The translations under genes were made by a program, and so were the position numbers. The notes beneath the pieces are model-generated. The model did no database searches. It was not told the DNA's origin and saw only the letters and a list, made by a program, of their open reading frames with translations. Of a DNA stretch of 64,000 nucleotides, positions 8,738 through 17,274 are shown piece by piece (the stretch's first letter is position 1; the number at the start of each line of letters is the position of its first letter). This DNA is from Candidatus Deferrimicrobiaceae bacterium (GTDB taxonomy: Bacteria > Desulfobacterota > Deferrimicrobia > Deferrimicrobiales > Deferrimicrobiaceae), in the NCBI GenBank assembly GCA_963792415.1, contig CAWBVY010000007.1, positions 128,001 through 192,000 on the forward strand, given 5' to 3'.

Positions 8738-9613
8738 ATGGTGCAATGCACGATCCGGTTGCTGTTGCCCGTCATCTTTGCGGTCTTTCTGCTGTGGGGT
8801 GTGACGCCTGCGGGAGCCGGATGGGAGGCGGGGGCGAAGGGGGGGTACGACTCCAACCTGAGCCGGTCCATCGACGACGAGGAAGGGAGCGCGTACCTGT
8901 CGGTGCAGGGCGGATACGTGAAGGGCCACTCCGGGGAATCCCGGACGGACTGGACGATGGGGTTCTTCCTCGAAGGGGCCTTCTACCCCTCCATAGAGGA
9001 CATCGACTACGCTTCGGCGACGTTTTCCCCGGGCCTGGCGTACATCTTCCGCCCGGGATGGACGGGGGCGGTCACGCCGTTCCTGCAGGGGAAGGTGGTC
9101 CAGGATTCGGACCAGTCCGCCCTCGCGTTCGGGGTGAGGGTGGATTTCCTGCAGAAACCCGGGGGAAGGGCCTACCTCGGCGAATATTACGCCTACACGG
9201 ACAGCCGCGCCAGCAACGACGTCTACTCGTACAGGGAGAACGCCGTGGGGGCGTACCTCGGGATGCGCTGGTCCCCGGGATTCTTCACCGAGGTGGGGTA
9301 CGAATTCTCCCGGGGAGACTCGTTCCTGTCCGTCAAGGTCCCCGCGCCCCCGACGGGGGGCGGAGGAGCGGGGGGTCGTGGAGCGGGGTACGGAGGAGGG
9401 ATGCCGCAATATTCGAAGGCGTTCGATTCCATCGTGTTCAAGGAACAGGTTGACTCCCATTCCGTGCCGGTCACGGTCGGCTTCGACTGGACGCCACGGT
9501 GGTTTTCGAGCGTGAACTACACGTACAGGTCGTGGTCCGCAGAATCGGTGAAGGCGACCGACCATTCCGGGTATGCGGGAATCGGGTACCGATTCGGACT
9601 TCCTGATCGATGA
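8738..9613 (+). CDS. Outer-membrane beta-barrel protein (putative porin)
   Basis: Signal peptide, N-terminal GYDSN motif, alternating aromatic beta-strands, near-terminal AGIGYRF. Confidence 0.75.
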   Translation: MVQCTIRLLLPVIFAVFLLWGVTPAGAGWEAGAKGGYDSNLSRSIDDEEGSAYLSVQGGYVKGHSGESRTDWTMGFFLEGAFYPSIEDIDYASATFSPGLAYIFRPGWTGAVTPFLQGKVVQDSDQSALAFGVRVDFLQKPGGRAYLGEYYAYTDSRASNDVYSYRENAVGAYLGMRWSPGFFTEVGYEFSRGDSFLSVKVPAPPTGGGGAGGRGAGYGGGMPQYSKAFDSIVFKEQVDSHSVPVTVGFDWTPRWFSSVNYTYRSWSAESVKATDHSGYAGIGYRFGLPDR

Positions 9614-9731
9614 GGAGGAACCCAGGAACTCCGCAAGCAGGCGGGAAGGAGGTGAGAGGGACGGCCACGGGGGCCGGTCCCACACGGGGTTGGTGAGAGG
9701 ACTCGACCATCATGGAGAATGGAGGGAACGC

Positions 9732-11081
9732 ATGAGGAAGTTCGCTTTTGGAATGGGCCTTCTGGTATTTTCAGCAACGCTGTCGGCCCAAGCCTACGCT
9801 GCGGGATCTTCCCACGCCGATTACGTCAAGAAGTACGAGGGCACTGCCACCTGCACCGCCGCATCCTGTCATGAAGGGGCTGCGAAAGAGGTGGCGGAGA
9901 GCCTGCACTACCAGCAGCGCGCGGTCCCGCAGTTTCTGGAGGGCTGGGAGGCAGGCAAATTTGCGGGAATGATGGAATCGTATTGAGCGCCGCCCAACAC
10001 GGTGGTGGGGCATAACTGGATCGGGATCCTCCAACCCAGGGATGCCTCGAAGCCGGCGCAGCCAGGTGGCTGCGTACAATGTCACGCGGGACTCGGCGCC
10101 AAGCCCAACCCGGTCGGGAAGCTGACGGAGGCGGATTACAACAACATCGATTGCCTTCTTTGCCACGTTCCAGGGTACAAGCGGACGGTGGTCAAGGAGG
10201 GGGACAGGTTCCGGATCGCGCCGGACCCGTCCATCGATGTCCTGAAAGCGGCGCAATCGGTCCAAAAACCCACGAATGAGACATGCCTCCGGTGCCACGC
10301 GGCGGCCGGCGGCGGGCCCAACCACAAGCACGGCGTCATCCCGACGAAAGACAGCGACGTCCACGTTGCGAATGGGATGCAGTGCCTCGATTGCCATATT
10401 GCCAGGAATCACAAGATCGCCGGGGGTTCCGACCTCAAGGCCCAGGAACTCCTCGACGTCAAGGTCGCCTGCGAGAACTGCCACTCCACCCCTCACAAGG
10501 GGGGGAAGGCGAAGATCCTGGACCGGCATGCGGTCCGGATCGCCTGCCAGACGTGCCACATCCCGGCGATCGCCCGGGACCCCAAGATGCCCACGGCGGT
10601 TGAGCGCGACTGGACGAAACCCGTGCTCAACGAGAAGACCGGGCTCTACGGGCCGACCAGCAAGATGGCCGGGAACCTCCGTCCCGAGTACGCATGGTGG
10701 AACCGTTTCATGAAGGTTCCGCCGGAGCCGGCGGGTTCCATCGCCGATCCGAAATCGAAGATCTATCCCTGGAAGCGGACGGAGTACACGGTCATCGCGG
10801 ATGCGGCGACCGGCAAGCCGATCTACATCAAGTCGGGTGTTTACGCCATCACCGGCGACCCCGGGGCTGCGGCGAAGAAGGGGGCGGAGGACGGGAAGCA
10901 GGAGTACAGCGGCAACTGGAAAGGTGTCAAGGAAACGATGGTGTTTTCCATGAACCATCAGGTCGCACCGAAGGGCGAGGCCCTGAAGTGCAAGTCCTGC
11001 CATTCCTCGAAGGGCGTGCTCGATTTCAAGAAGTTGGGGTACGACGAGGAAAAGACCGGGAAACTGAGCGGCGGTTACTAA
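9732..11081 (+). CDS. Periplasmic octaheme cytochrome c (tetrathionate reductase/OTR-like) with probable selenocysteine (in-frame TGA 9984-9986)
   Basis: ORFs 9573-9986 and 10002-11081 share one frame, separated only by TGA (..MESY-U-APPNTVVG). Signal peptide, one CX4CH (CTAASCH) and seven CXXCH motifs. Confidence 0.8.
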
Positions 11082-11097
11082 CGTACGGGTCGGTTGC

Positions 11098-11129
11098 GGG
11101 CGGGGCGGCCTCCGGGCTTCCCCGCCCTT
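11098..11129 (+). terminator. Putative terminator hairpin
   Basis: GGGCGGGG..CCCCGCCC stem directly after the cytochrome stop codon. Confidence 0.55.
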
Positions 11130-11261
11130 GATATTCCGACCTCTCCCCCGCCTGGTTGAGGGTACGCTAATGGTAAGATTCAACGAAACAAACCTGGAAA
11201 TGGGACCGTTGAAGATCGGAGTTCCGCTCACCGGGGGAAAAACATTGCAGGTTGAATCGTC

Positions 11262-12656
11262 ATGCCCGTGAACAGGAAAAGAGAAAGAAAGCCCGAAACG
11301 CGGGCTCCTACGGATGCCATTCTGGAAAGCATCTCCGACGGCGTCTTCACGGTCGACCTGGAATGGCGGATCACCTCGTTCAATCGTGCGGCCGAGAAAA
11401 TCACGGGGATGTCCCGGAAAGAGGCGATCGGCCGGCTCTGCCCCGAGGTGTTCCGCTCCAGCATGTGCGAGGCCGAATGCGCGCTGCGGCGCACCCTGAA
11501 GACCGGCAAGCCCGTGATCGGCCGGTCGGGTTTCATCATCGACGCGGAGGGAGCCCGCATCCCCATCAGCGTATCCACGGCGGTGCTTCGGGACGCCGGA
11601 GGTCGTGTCGTGGGGGGCGCGGAGACCTTCCGCGACCTGAGCGAGGTCGAGGCGTTGCGCCGCGAACTCGAGGGGAAGTTCCGCATCGGCGACCTGATCA
11701 GCCGCAGCCCCGTCGTGCAGAAGGTGATCGAAGTCCTTCCCGCCATCGCCGCCAGTCCCAGCACGGTGCTCCTTCTCGGCGAAACGGGGACCGGCAAGGA
11801 ACTGGTGGCGCGGACGATTCACTCCTTGAGCGCGCAACGCAAGGGCCCATTCGTCGCGGTCAACTGCGGCGCCCTCCCGGATACGCTTCTGGAATCGGAG
11901 CTGTTCGGCTACAAGGCGGGGGCGTTCACCGGGGCGACCCGGGACAAGCCCGGGCGTTTCGCGGTAGCCAGGGGGGGGACCCTCTTCCTCGACGAGATCG
12001 GCGAGGTGAGCCCAGCCTTGCAGGTCCGCCTGTTGCGGGTGCTCCAGGAGCGGACCTACGAGCCGCTGGGCGCGACCCGCTCCGAGACGACGGACGCCCG
12101 GATCATCGTCGCCACCAACAAGGATCTGGCGGAACAGACCCGCAAAGGGGCATTCCGGGAGGACCTCTATTACCGCGTGAACGTGGTGCGCATCGAACTG
12201 CCCCCGCTGCGCCGAAGGAAGGAGGACATCCCTTTCCTCGTGGACCAGTTCGTCGCCCGGTTCAACCGGTTGCAGGAGAAAAACGTGCCGGGAATCGCCG
12301 CGGAAGCGTTGTCGCTCCTGATGGCCCATGATTGGCCGGGAAATATCCGCGAACTGGAAAACGCCATCGAGCGCGCCTTCATTCTCTGCAACGAGGGGGA
12401 CATCGGCATCGGGCATCTGCCCGAGGAATTGACGGCACACGGCGCATCGGCGGGAGTGGGTTCCGATGTGCGGTCCTCCCACGACATTCTCGACGCCCGG
12501 GCGATTCGCGCCGCCCTCGAACGCAACGCCTTCAACCGCCTGGCGTCGGCGAAGGAGCTCGGCATCCACAAGACCACGCTTTTCCGCAGAATGAGAAAAC
12601 TGGGAATCTCCCTTCCCGAGCGGGACGGCCGCACCCGTCGGACGCGGATACAGTAG
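11262..12656 (+). CDS. PAS-domain sigma54 activator, OrpR-like
   Basis: PAS domain with C-X8-C-X3-C ([14 protein letters not shown]), [17 protein letters not shown]. Confidence 0.88.
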   Translation: MPVNRKRERKPETRAPTDAILESISDGVFTVDLEWRITSFNRAAEKITGMSRKEAIGRLCPEVFRSSMCEAECALRRTLKTGKPVIGRSGFIIDAEGARIPISVSTAVLRDAGGRVVGGAETFRDLSEVEALRRELEGKFRIGDLISRSPVVQKVIEVLPAIAASPSTVLLLGETGTGKELVARTIHSLSAQRKGPFVAVNCGALPDTLLESELFGYKAGAFTGATRDKPGRFAVARGGTLFLDEIGEVSPALQVRLLRVLQERTYEPLGATRSETTDARIIVATNKDLAEQTRKGAFREDLYYRVNVVRIELPPLRRRKEDIPFLVDQFVARFNRLQEKNVPGIAAEALSLLMAHDWPGNIRELENAIERAFILCNEGDIGIGHLPEELTAHGASAGVGSDVRSSHDILDARAIRAALERNAFNRLASAKELGIHKTTLFRRMRKLGISLPERDGRTRRTRIQ

Positions 12657-12700
12657 CGTTCTCGCAGTTATATTCCGTTCCTTCAGTAGCGTATCTGCAA
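12651..12700. promoter_or_regulatory. Tandem enhancer sites
   Basis: CAGTAGCGTTCTCGCAG (12651) and CAGTAGCGTATCTGCAA (12684), 33 bp apart and upstream of a sigma54 promoter. Confidence 0.55.
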
Positions 12701-12788
12701 CCTTGCGCCAGCCCGGCACGCTCCGGCCCCGCTATAGATCACGTTTCATCACAGTACCTTAGGCCGTTCTGATCCCATGGGTCCGTGT

Positions 12789-12804
12789 TGGCACGGCGAA
12801 TGCT
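12789..12804 (+). promoter_or_regulatory. Sigma54 promoter
   Basis: TGGCAC-GGCGA-ATGCT, GG-N10-GC. Confidence 0.8.
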
Positions 12805-12839
12805 CTCTAGCCATGCGGAAAGGAGGCGAAAGACGTCGA

Positions 12840-13451
12840 ATGATGAAAACGGCGTTTGCAACCTGGGACGATCGGATCGCGCCGGTGTTCGACATCGCAC
12901 GGCGGATTCACGTCGTCGAGGCCGAGTCGGGGCGGATCGTCTCTGAAGCAGGGGAAGTCCTGGCGGAGGACCTGCCGGCCCAAAAGGCGCATCGTCTGGT
13001 GGAACTTGGCGTCGGTACGCTGGTTTGCGGCGCGATCTCCAGGCCGTTCCATGAGATGGTCGCCGCTTATGGCATCCGGGTGATCCCGTTCGTCGCCGGC
13101 GACCTGAGCGAGGTCATACAGGCCTGGCTCGGTGGCGACCTGGAGCGCGACACCTTTGCCATGCCCGGTTGCTCCGGTCGCGGCCGGGGCCGCCGTCGTG
13201 GAATGCTCACTACCGGAAAGGAGGACATGACAATGCCAAGAGGAGATGGAACCGGACCCAAGGGGTTGGGCGGAGGAAAGGGGCAAGGTCACGTTGGGCA
13301 GGGCCGAGGTCGCATGGGAGGTCCCCTCGCGGGAGGCCCTGTCGGCACCTGCCTGTGTCCGGAATGCGGGCATCGCGAACCGCATGAACGCGGAGCGCCC
13401 TGCACACAGAAGAAGTGCCCGAAGTGTGGAACCACCATGACAAGGCAATAA
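12840..13451 (+). CDS. NifB/NifX-family (Orp/MTH1175-like) protein fused to a Gly-rich, Cys-rich domain
   Basis: RIAPVFD and TLVCGAIS motifs; C-terminal MPRGDGTGP..CLCPECG..C..CPKCG; RBS AAGGAGG. Confidence 0.8.
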   Translation: MMKTAFATWDDRIAPVFDIARRIHVVEAESGRIVSEAGEVLAEDLPAQKAHRLVELGVGTLVCGAISRPFHEMVAAYGIRVIPFVAGDLSEVIQAWLGGDLERDTFAMPGCSGRGRGRRRGMLTTGKEDMTMPRGDGTGPKGLGGGKGQGHVGQGRGRMGGPLAGGPVGTCLCPECGHREPHERGAPCTQKKCPKCGTTMTRQ

Positions 13452-13569
13452 CAAGCAATCCTTACGAAAGGAGGATACGACAATACCGGACGGAATGGGG
13501 ATCATCATGCCGCGGACGCACTCCTGTACCTCGCAAGAGGAACAAGGAAGGTTGCAAAGACGGGGGGAG

Positions 13570-14100
13570 ATGAAAGATGATGGATTGAAACAGTGCGCGC
13601 CCACGGTTTTCTTCGAACCGAAGGGGATGGATATGGAAAACCCTTTTCGATGTCCGGTCTGCAACACCCTTCTGGAAGAGGACCGGGACGCGGGGTTCAA
13701 GATCCCGCCGAAGTGCCCCTACCTGAATACCTTGTATCCGGAGATGTGCTCCCTTCACGATAAGCTCTATTTCGGAAAATGGAGAAAGATGGAAGCCAAC
13801 CCGAACGAAATTAAAAGGGCGTACACGAAGCTCGGGCAACTGTTGTCCCGGGTGAAAGCGGTCGTTCGGGAGGAAAATATCGTGCAGGGCGGGCAGGATG
13901 TCCGGAAAGCGTCCGATGCCTTGTCGATGGCAAACCCGGAGGAGGAGCCCTACGCATCCGTGATGCATATGGATCAGGCGCTCTCCTACATTCACCACGC
14001 GATCAACGATCTGTTGCAGGGAAAACAGGCGAAGCTCCATTCGCCTGCCGATTACGAAATGCACTACGATGTCGTTCTCCCGTTCAAGGAAGACCTGTAG
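13570..14100 (+). CDS. Hypothetical protein with a CPVC zinc-ribbon-like motif
   Basis: Open frame with RBS-like GGGGAG and protein-like composition. The start could be 13633. Confidence 0.6.
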   Translation: MKDDGLKQCAPTVFFEPKGMDMENPFRCPVCNTLLEEDRDAGFKIPPKCPYLNTLYPEMCSLHDKLYFGKWRKMEANPNEIKRAYTKLGQLLSRVKAVVREENIVQGGQDVRKASDALSMANPEEEPYASVMHMDQALSYIHHAINDLLQGKQAKLHSPADYEMHYDVVLPFKEDL

Positions 14101-14177
14101 GATTCTCCGGGAGTACGGCGCCAAGCGCGTCCACGATATCCGGCGAGAGGCCGATGACGCAGGGGAGGTCTACCCTT

Positions 14178-14444
14178 ATGTCCGGGATCACGGCGCAAGT
14201 GAGCCTTTACCCGCTGGGCGAAAACGATCTGTCTCCGGCGATCGACGCCGCGATCGGGGAGCTCGACCGGCACGGGCTCGAACGGCAGACCGGGGCGATG
14301 AGCACCGTGGTGTGCGGCGACGACGAGAAGGTGTTCTCCGCGCTTCTCGACGCCTTCCGCGGAGCCGCCGCGCGCGGTCAGGCGGTCATGGTGGTCACGG
14401 TGTCCAACGCGTGTCCCTGGCCCGGCAAGGGTGGATCCCGGTAG
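14178..14444 (+). CDS. YkoF/thiamine-binding (MTH1187-like) protein
   Basis: AQVSLYPL..GAMSTVV.G pattern; RBS GGAGGT. Confidence 0.8.
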   Translation: MSGITAQVSLYPLGENDLSPAIDAAIGELDRHGLERQTGAMSTVVCGDDEKVFSALLDAFRGAAARGQAVMVVTVSNACPWPGKGGSR

Positions 14445-14513
14445 GGACAAGAGGGTGATGGCGAAGATCGGGCCATTCGAAGAAAACGCCGGGAAGCCGG
14501 GCGGACAAGCAGG

Positions 14514-15383
14514 ATGACCCGATACGCCACCGGCGTCTTCTATCACCCGTCCTTTTCCCGGCGCAGCTACCTGACGGTCGGGACGCGGCTGGCCGATTTT
14601 CCCATGGCGCTGGACGGGGTTCTGCGGGAGGACCGGGTCAAGCTCTACGAGCCGGGGCCCGTTTCGCGGGAATTGGTCCTGAAGGTCCACACCCCGGGGC
14701 TGATCGAAGGGGTGAAGGGGGATCCGCTCTGCTCGACCGCCTGGCATTCGGCGGGCGGCGTGGTGATGGCGGGGGAGAAGATCGCCGAAGGGGAGACCGG
14801 CAACGCCTTCGCCTTCATCGGCGCCGGCGGGCACCACTCCGGCCGGGACTTCTTCGGGGGGTACTGCTGCTTCAACGACGTCGCGCTCTGCGTCGTCAAC
14901 CTGCGGGAGAAGCACGGCTTCCGTCGGTTCGCGATCCTCGACACCGACGCGCACCACGGCGACGGCACGCGGGAGCTCTTCCTCGGCGACCCCGACATCC
15001 TCCACGTCTGTGTCTGCGGAATGGAGTACGAATCACCCGACAAGACGAAGGTGGACGTGGCGTTTCCCGACTCCCGGGAGTGCGCGGGCGGGCGAACGAT
15101 GAACGACGCCTACTTCGACCGGGTGTCGCAACGGTTCCCGGACCGTGTCCGCCGGTTCCGTCCCGACCTCCTCTTCTGGTACTTCGGATTCGACACCCAT
15201 CAGGGCGACTACGGCGACATCGGCCTCACCGGGCCGTGCTACTGGAACATCGCCTGCCTGATGCGGGATCTCGCGGGGGAGGTCTGCGGGGGGAAGCTCG
15301 CGGTGGTGCTGGGGGGCGGCTCCCATACGAAGCTGGCGACGTACCTGATCCCGCCGGTCATCGAGCGGCTGGCGGGGTCGTAG
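14514..15383 (+). CDS. Histone deacetylase/AcuC-family Zn amidohydrolase
   Basis: GGHHSG, GYCCFND, DTDAHHGDGT and GFDTH motifs. Confidence 0.88.
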   Translation: MTRYATGVFYHPSFSRRSYLTVGTRLADFPMALDGVLREDRVKLYEPGPVSRELVLKVHTPGLIEGVKGDPLCSTAWHSAGGVVMAGEKIAEGETGNAFAFIGAGGHHSGRDFFGGYCCFNDVALCVVNLREKHGFRRFAILDTDAHHGDGTRELFLGDPDILHVCVCGMEYESPDKTKVDVAFPDSRECAGGRTMNDAYFDRVSQRFPDRVRRFRPDLLFWYFGFDTHQGDYGDIGLTGPCYWNIACLMRDLAGEVCGGKLAVVLGGGSHTKLATYLIPPVIERLAGS

Positions 15384-15447
15384 CGGTAGCACAGATATCT
15401 CCATACTTCCGGATAATTGCATATAAATACCCCCAGAAATAAAACAA

Positions 15448-15461
15448 TTGACCTTCGTCAA
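15448..15461. promoter_or_regulatory. FNR/Dnr/HcpR-type binding site
   Basis: Palindrome TTGAC-CTTC-GTCAA in AT-rich DNA about 80 bp upstream of hcp. Confidence 0.7.
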
Positions 15462-15542
15462 GGCGCGCGTTTTATTCCGGGAGTATCCTCTCTTTCAGCT
15501 GGCCGACGATCGCCATCACCAACTACTTGAGGAGGACACACC

Positions 15543-17204
15543 ATGTCGATGTTCTGTTACCAATGCGAGCAGGCTTCCAAAGGCACCGGATGCACCGCCG
15601 TCGGGGTCTGCGGGAAGCAACCCGACGTCGCGGCACTGCAGGACCTGCTGATCTACACGCTGAAAGGGATCGCCTACTGGGCGGACCTCGCCAGAGGACT
15701 TGGAGCCAGGGACGAGGAGATCGACCGCTTCATGATCGACGCCCTGTTCACCACGGTCACCAACGTCGATTTCGACCCCGACACCGTTGCCGTTTTCGTC
15801 GCTGAAGCCGTGCGCCAGCGCGAGCGGGCCAGGGAGCTGTTCAACAAGGCCAACGGGCGCGCCTTCACCGGCTTCCCGCCGGCCGCCGCGAGGAACTGGG
15901 AGCTGCCGGCCGACCGGGCCGCCCAGGTGGAACTGGGAGAGCAGCACGGCGTGAAGGATTTCAAGGTGAATCCGGACGTCCACTCGGTGCGCGAGATCAT
16001 CACCTACGGGATCAAGGGGTATGCCGCCTACGCCGACCATGCCCGCACGCTGGGAAAGGAATCGGAAGAGATCTACGCCTTCACGCACAGGGCGCTGGCG
16101 GCCCTGCTGGACGACCGCCTCGACCTGGACGAGTGCGTCGAACTGGCGATGGAAACCGGCAGGATCAACTACGTCGCGATGGAACTCCTCAACCAGGCCC
16201 ACGTCGAGCGGTACGGCCATCCGGTCCCGACCCCCGTCCAGCTCGGCACGAAGGCCGGGAAGGCGATCCTCGTCTCCGGCCACGACCTGCGCTTCCTGGA
16301 GGAGATCCTCAAGCAGACCGAAGGCACCGGCATCAACGTCTACACCCACGGGGAGATGCTCCCCGCCCACGGCTACCCCGGGCTGAAGAAGTACGCGCAC
16401 CTGGCCGGAAATTTCGGAGGCGCCTGGCAGGACCAGCACAAGGAATTCCCCGTTTTCCCGGGCGCCATCATCTTCAACACCAACTGCATCCAGAAGCCGG
16501 CCGAAAGCTATAAAGACCGGCTGTTTACCTGGGGACTGGTCCGCTGGCCCGGCGTCAAGCACGTCGAAGGGTGGGACTTCTCGGCGGTCATCGGGAAGGC
16601 GCAGGAATGCGAGGGCTTCCCCGAAAACCCCGGCCGGGAGATCCTGACCGGCTTCGGCCACAACGCCGTTCTCGGCGTGGCAGACAAGGTGATCGCTGCG
16701 GTCAAGTCGGGCGCCATCCGGCACTTCTTCCTGATCGGGGGGTGCGACGGCGCCAAGCCGGGCCGCAACTACTACACCGAACTTGCCGAGAAGGCCCCGA
16801 AGGACACGGTGATCCTGACGCTGGCGTGCGGCAAATACCGCTTCAACAAGCTCGAGTTCGGCGACATCGGCGGCATCCCGCGCCTGCTCGACGTCGGGCA
16901 GTGCAACGACTCGTACTCGGCGGTCCGGATAGCCCTCGCGCTGGCCGACGCTTTCCACTGCGGCGTCAACGATCTGCCGCTCTCGATCATCCTTTCCTGG
17001 TATGAGCAGAAAGCGGTCGCCGTCCTGCTCACGCTGCTCCACCTGGGGATCAGGAACATCCGGATCGGGCCGAGCCTGCCGGCGTTCGTCACGCCCAACG
17101 TGCTGAATTACCTTGTGGAGAATTTCAACCTGGCCCCCGTCGGCACCGCCGACGGCGACCTCAATTCGATTCTCGGAGACGCCCTGGGGACCGCCGCCTG
17201 CTGA
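15543..17204 (+). CDS. hcp: Hybrid cluster protein (hydroxylamine reductase)
   Basis: MFCYQCEQ..GCT..GVCGK, YTHGEMLPAH, GGCDG, GQCND, WYEQKA. Confidence 0.97.
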   Translation: MSMFCYQCEQASKGTGCTAVGVCGKQPDVAALQDLLIYTLKGIAYWADLARGLGARDEEIDRFMIDALFTTVTNVDFDPDTVAVFVAEAVRQRERARELFNKANGRAFTGFPPAAARNWELPADRAAQVELGEQHGVKDFKVNPDVHSVREIITYGIKGYAAYADHARTLGKESEEIYAFTHRALAALLDDRLDLDECVELAMETGRINYVAMELLNQAHVERYGHPVPTPVQLGTKAGKAILVSGHDLRFLEEILKQTEGTGINVYTHGEMLPAHGYPGLKKYAHLAGNFGGAWQDQHKEFPVFPGAIIFNTNCIQKPAESYKDRLFTWGLVRWPGVKHVEGWDFSAVIGKAQECEGFPENPGREILTGFGHNAVLGVADKVIAAVKSGAIRHFFLIGGCDGAKPGRNYYTELAEKAPKDTVILTLACGKYRFNKLEFGDIGGIPRLLDVGQCNDSYSAVRIALALADAFHCGVNDLPLSIILSWYEQKAVAVLLTLLHLGIRNIRIGPSLPAFVTPNVLNYLVENFNLAPVGTADGDLNSILGDALGTAAC

Positions 17205-17212
17205 TCGGATCC

Positions 17213-17252
17213 GGAGACGGCGCCGGGGAGGATCCACCCCGGCGTCGTCTCC
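17213..17252. terminator. Hairpin between convergent genes
   Basis: GGAGACGGCGCCGGGG / CCCCGGCGTCGTCTCC inverted repeat. Confidence 0.65.
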
Positions 17253-17274
17253 CTCCGCGGGGCAGCGACAAGGT

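Noticed and set aside
9614-9731. Perfect SD-like AAGGAGGTGA and hairpin between the porin and cytochrome genes as a riboswitch or sRNA
   Set aside because: It matches no RNA family I can recognise; an Rfam/Infernal search is needed.
12840-13451. NifX-like gene plus draTG as evidence of nitrogen fixation
   Set aside because: NifX-family proteins are common in non-diazotrophs, and no nitrogenase structural gene is present in the window.
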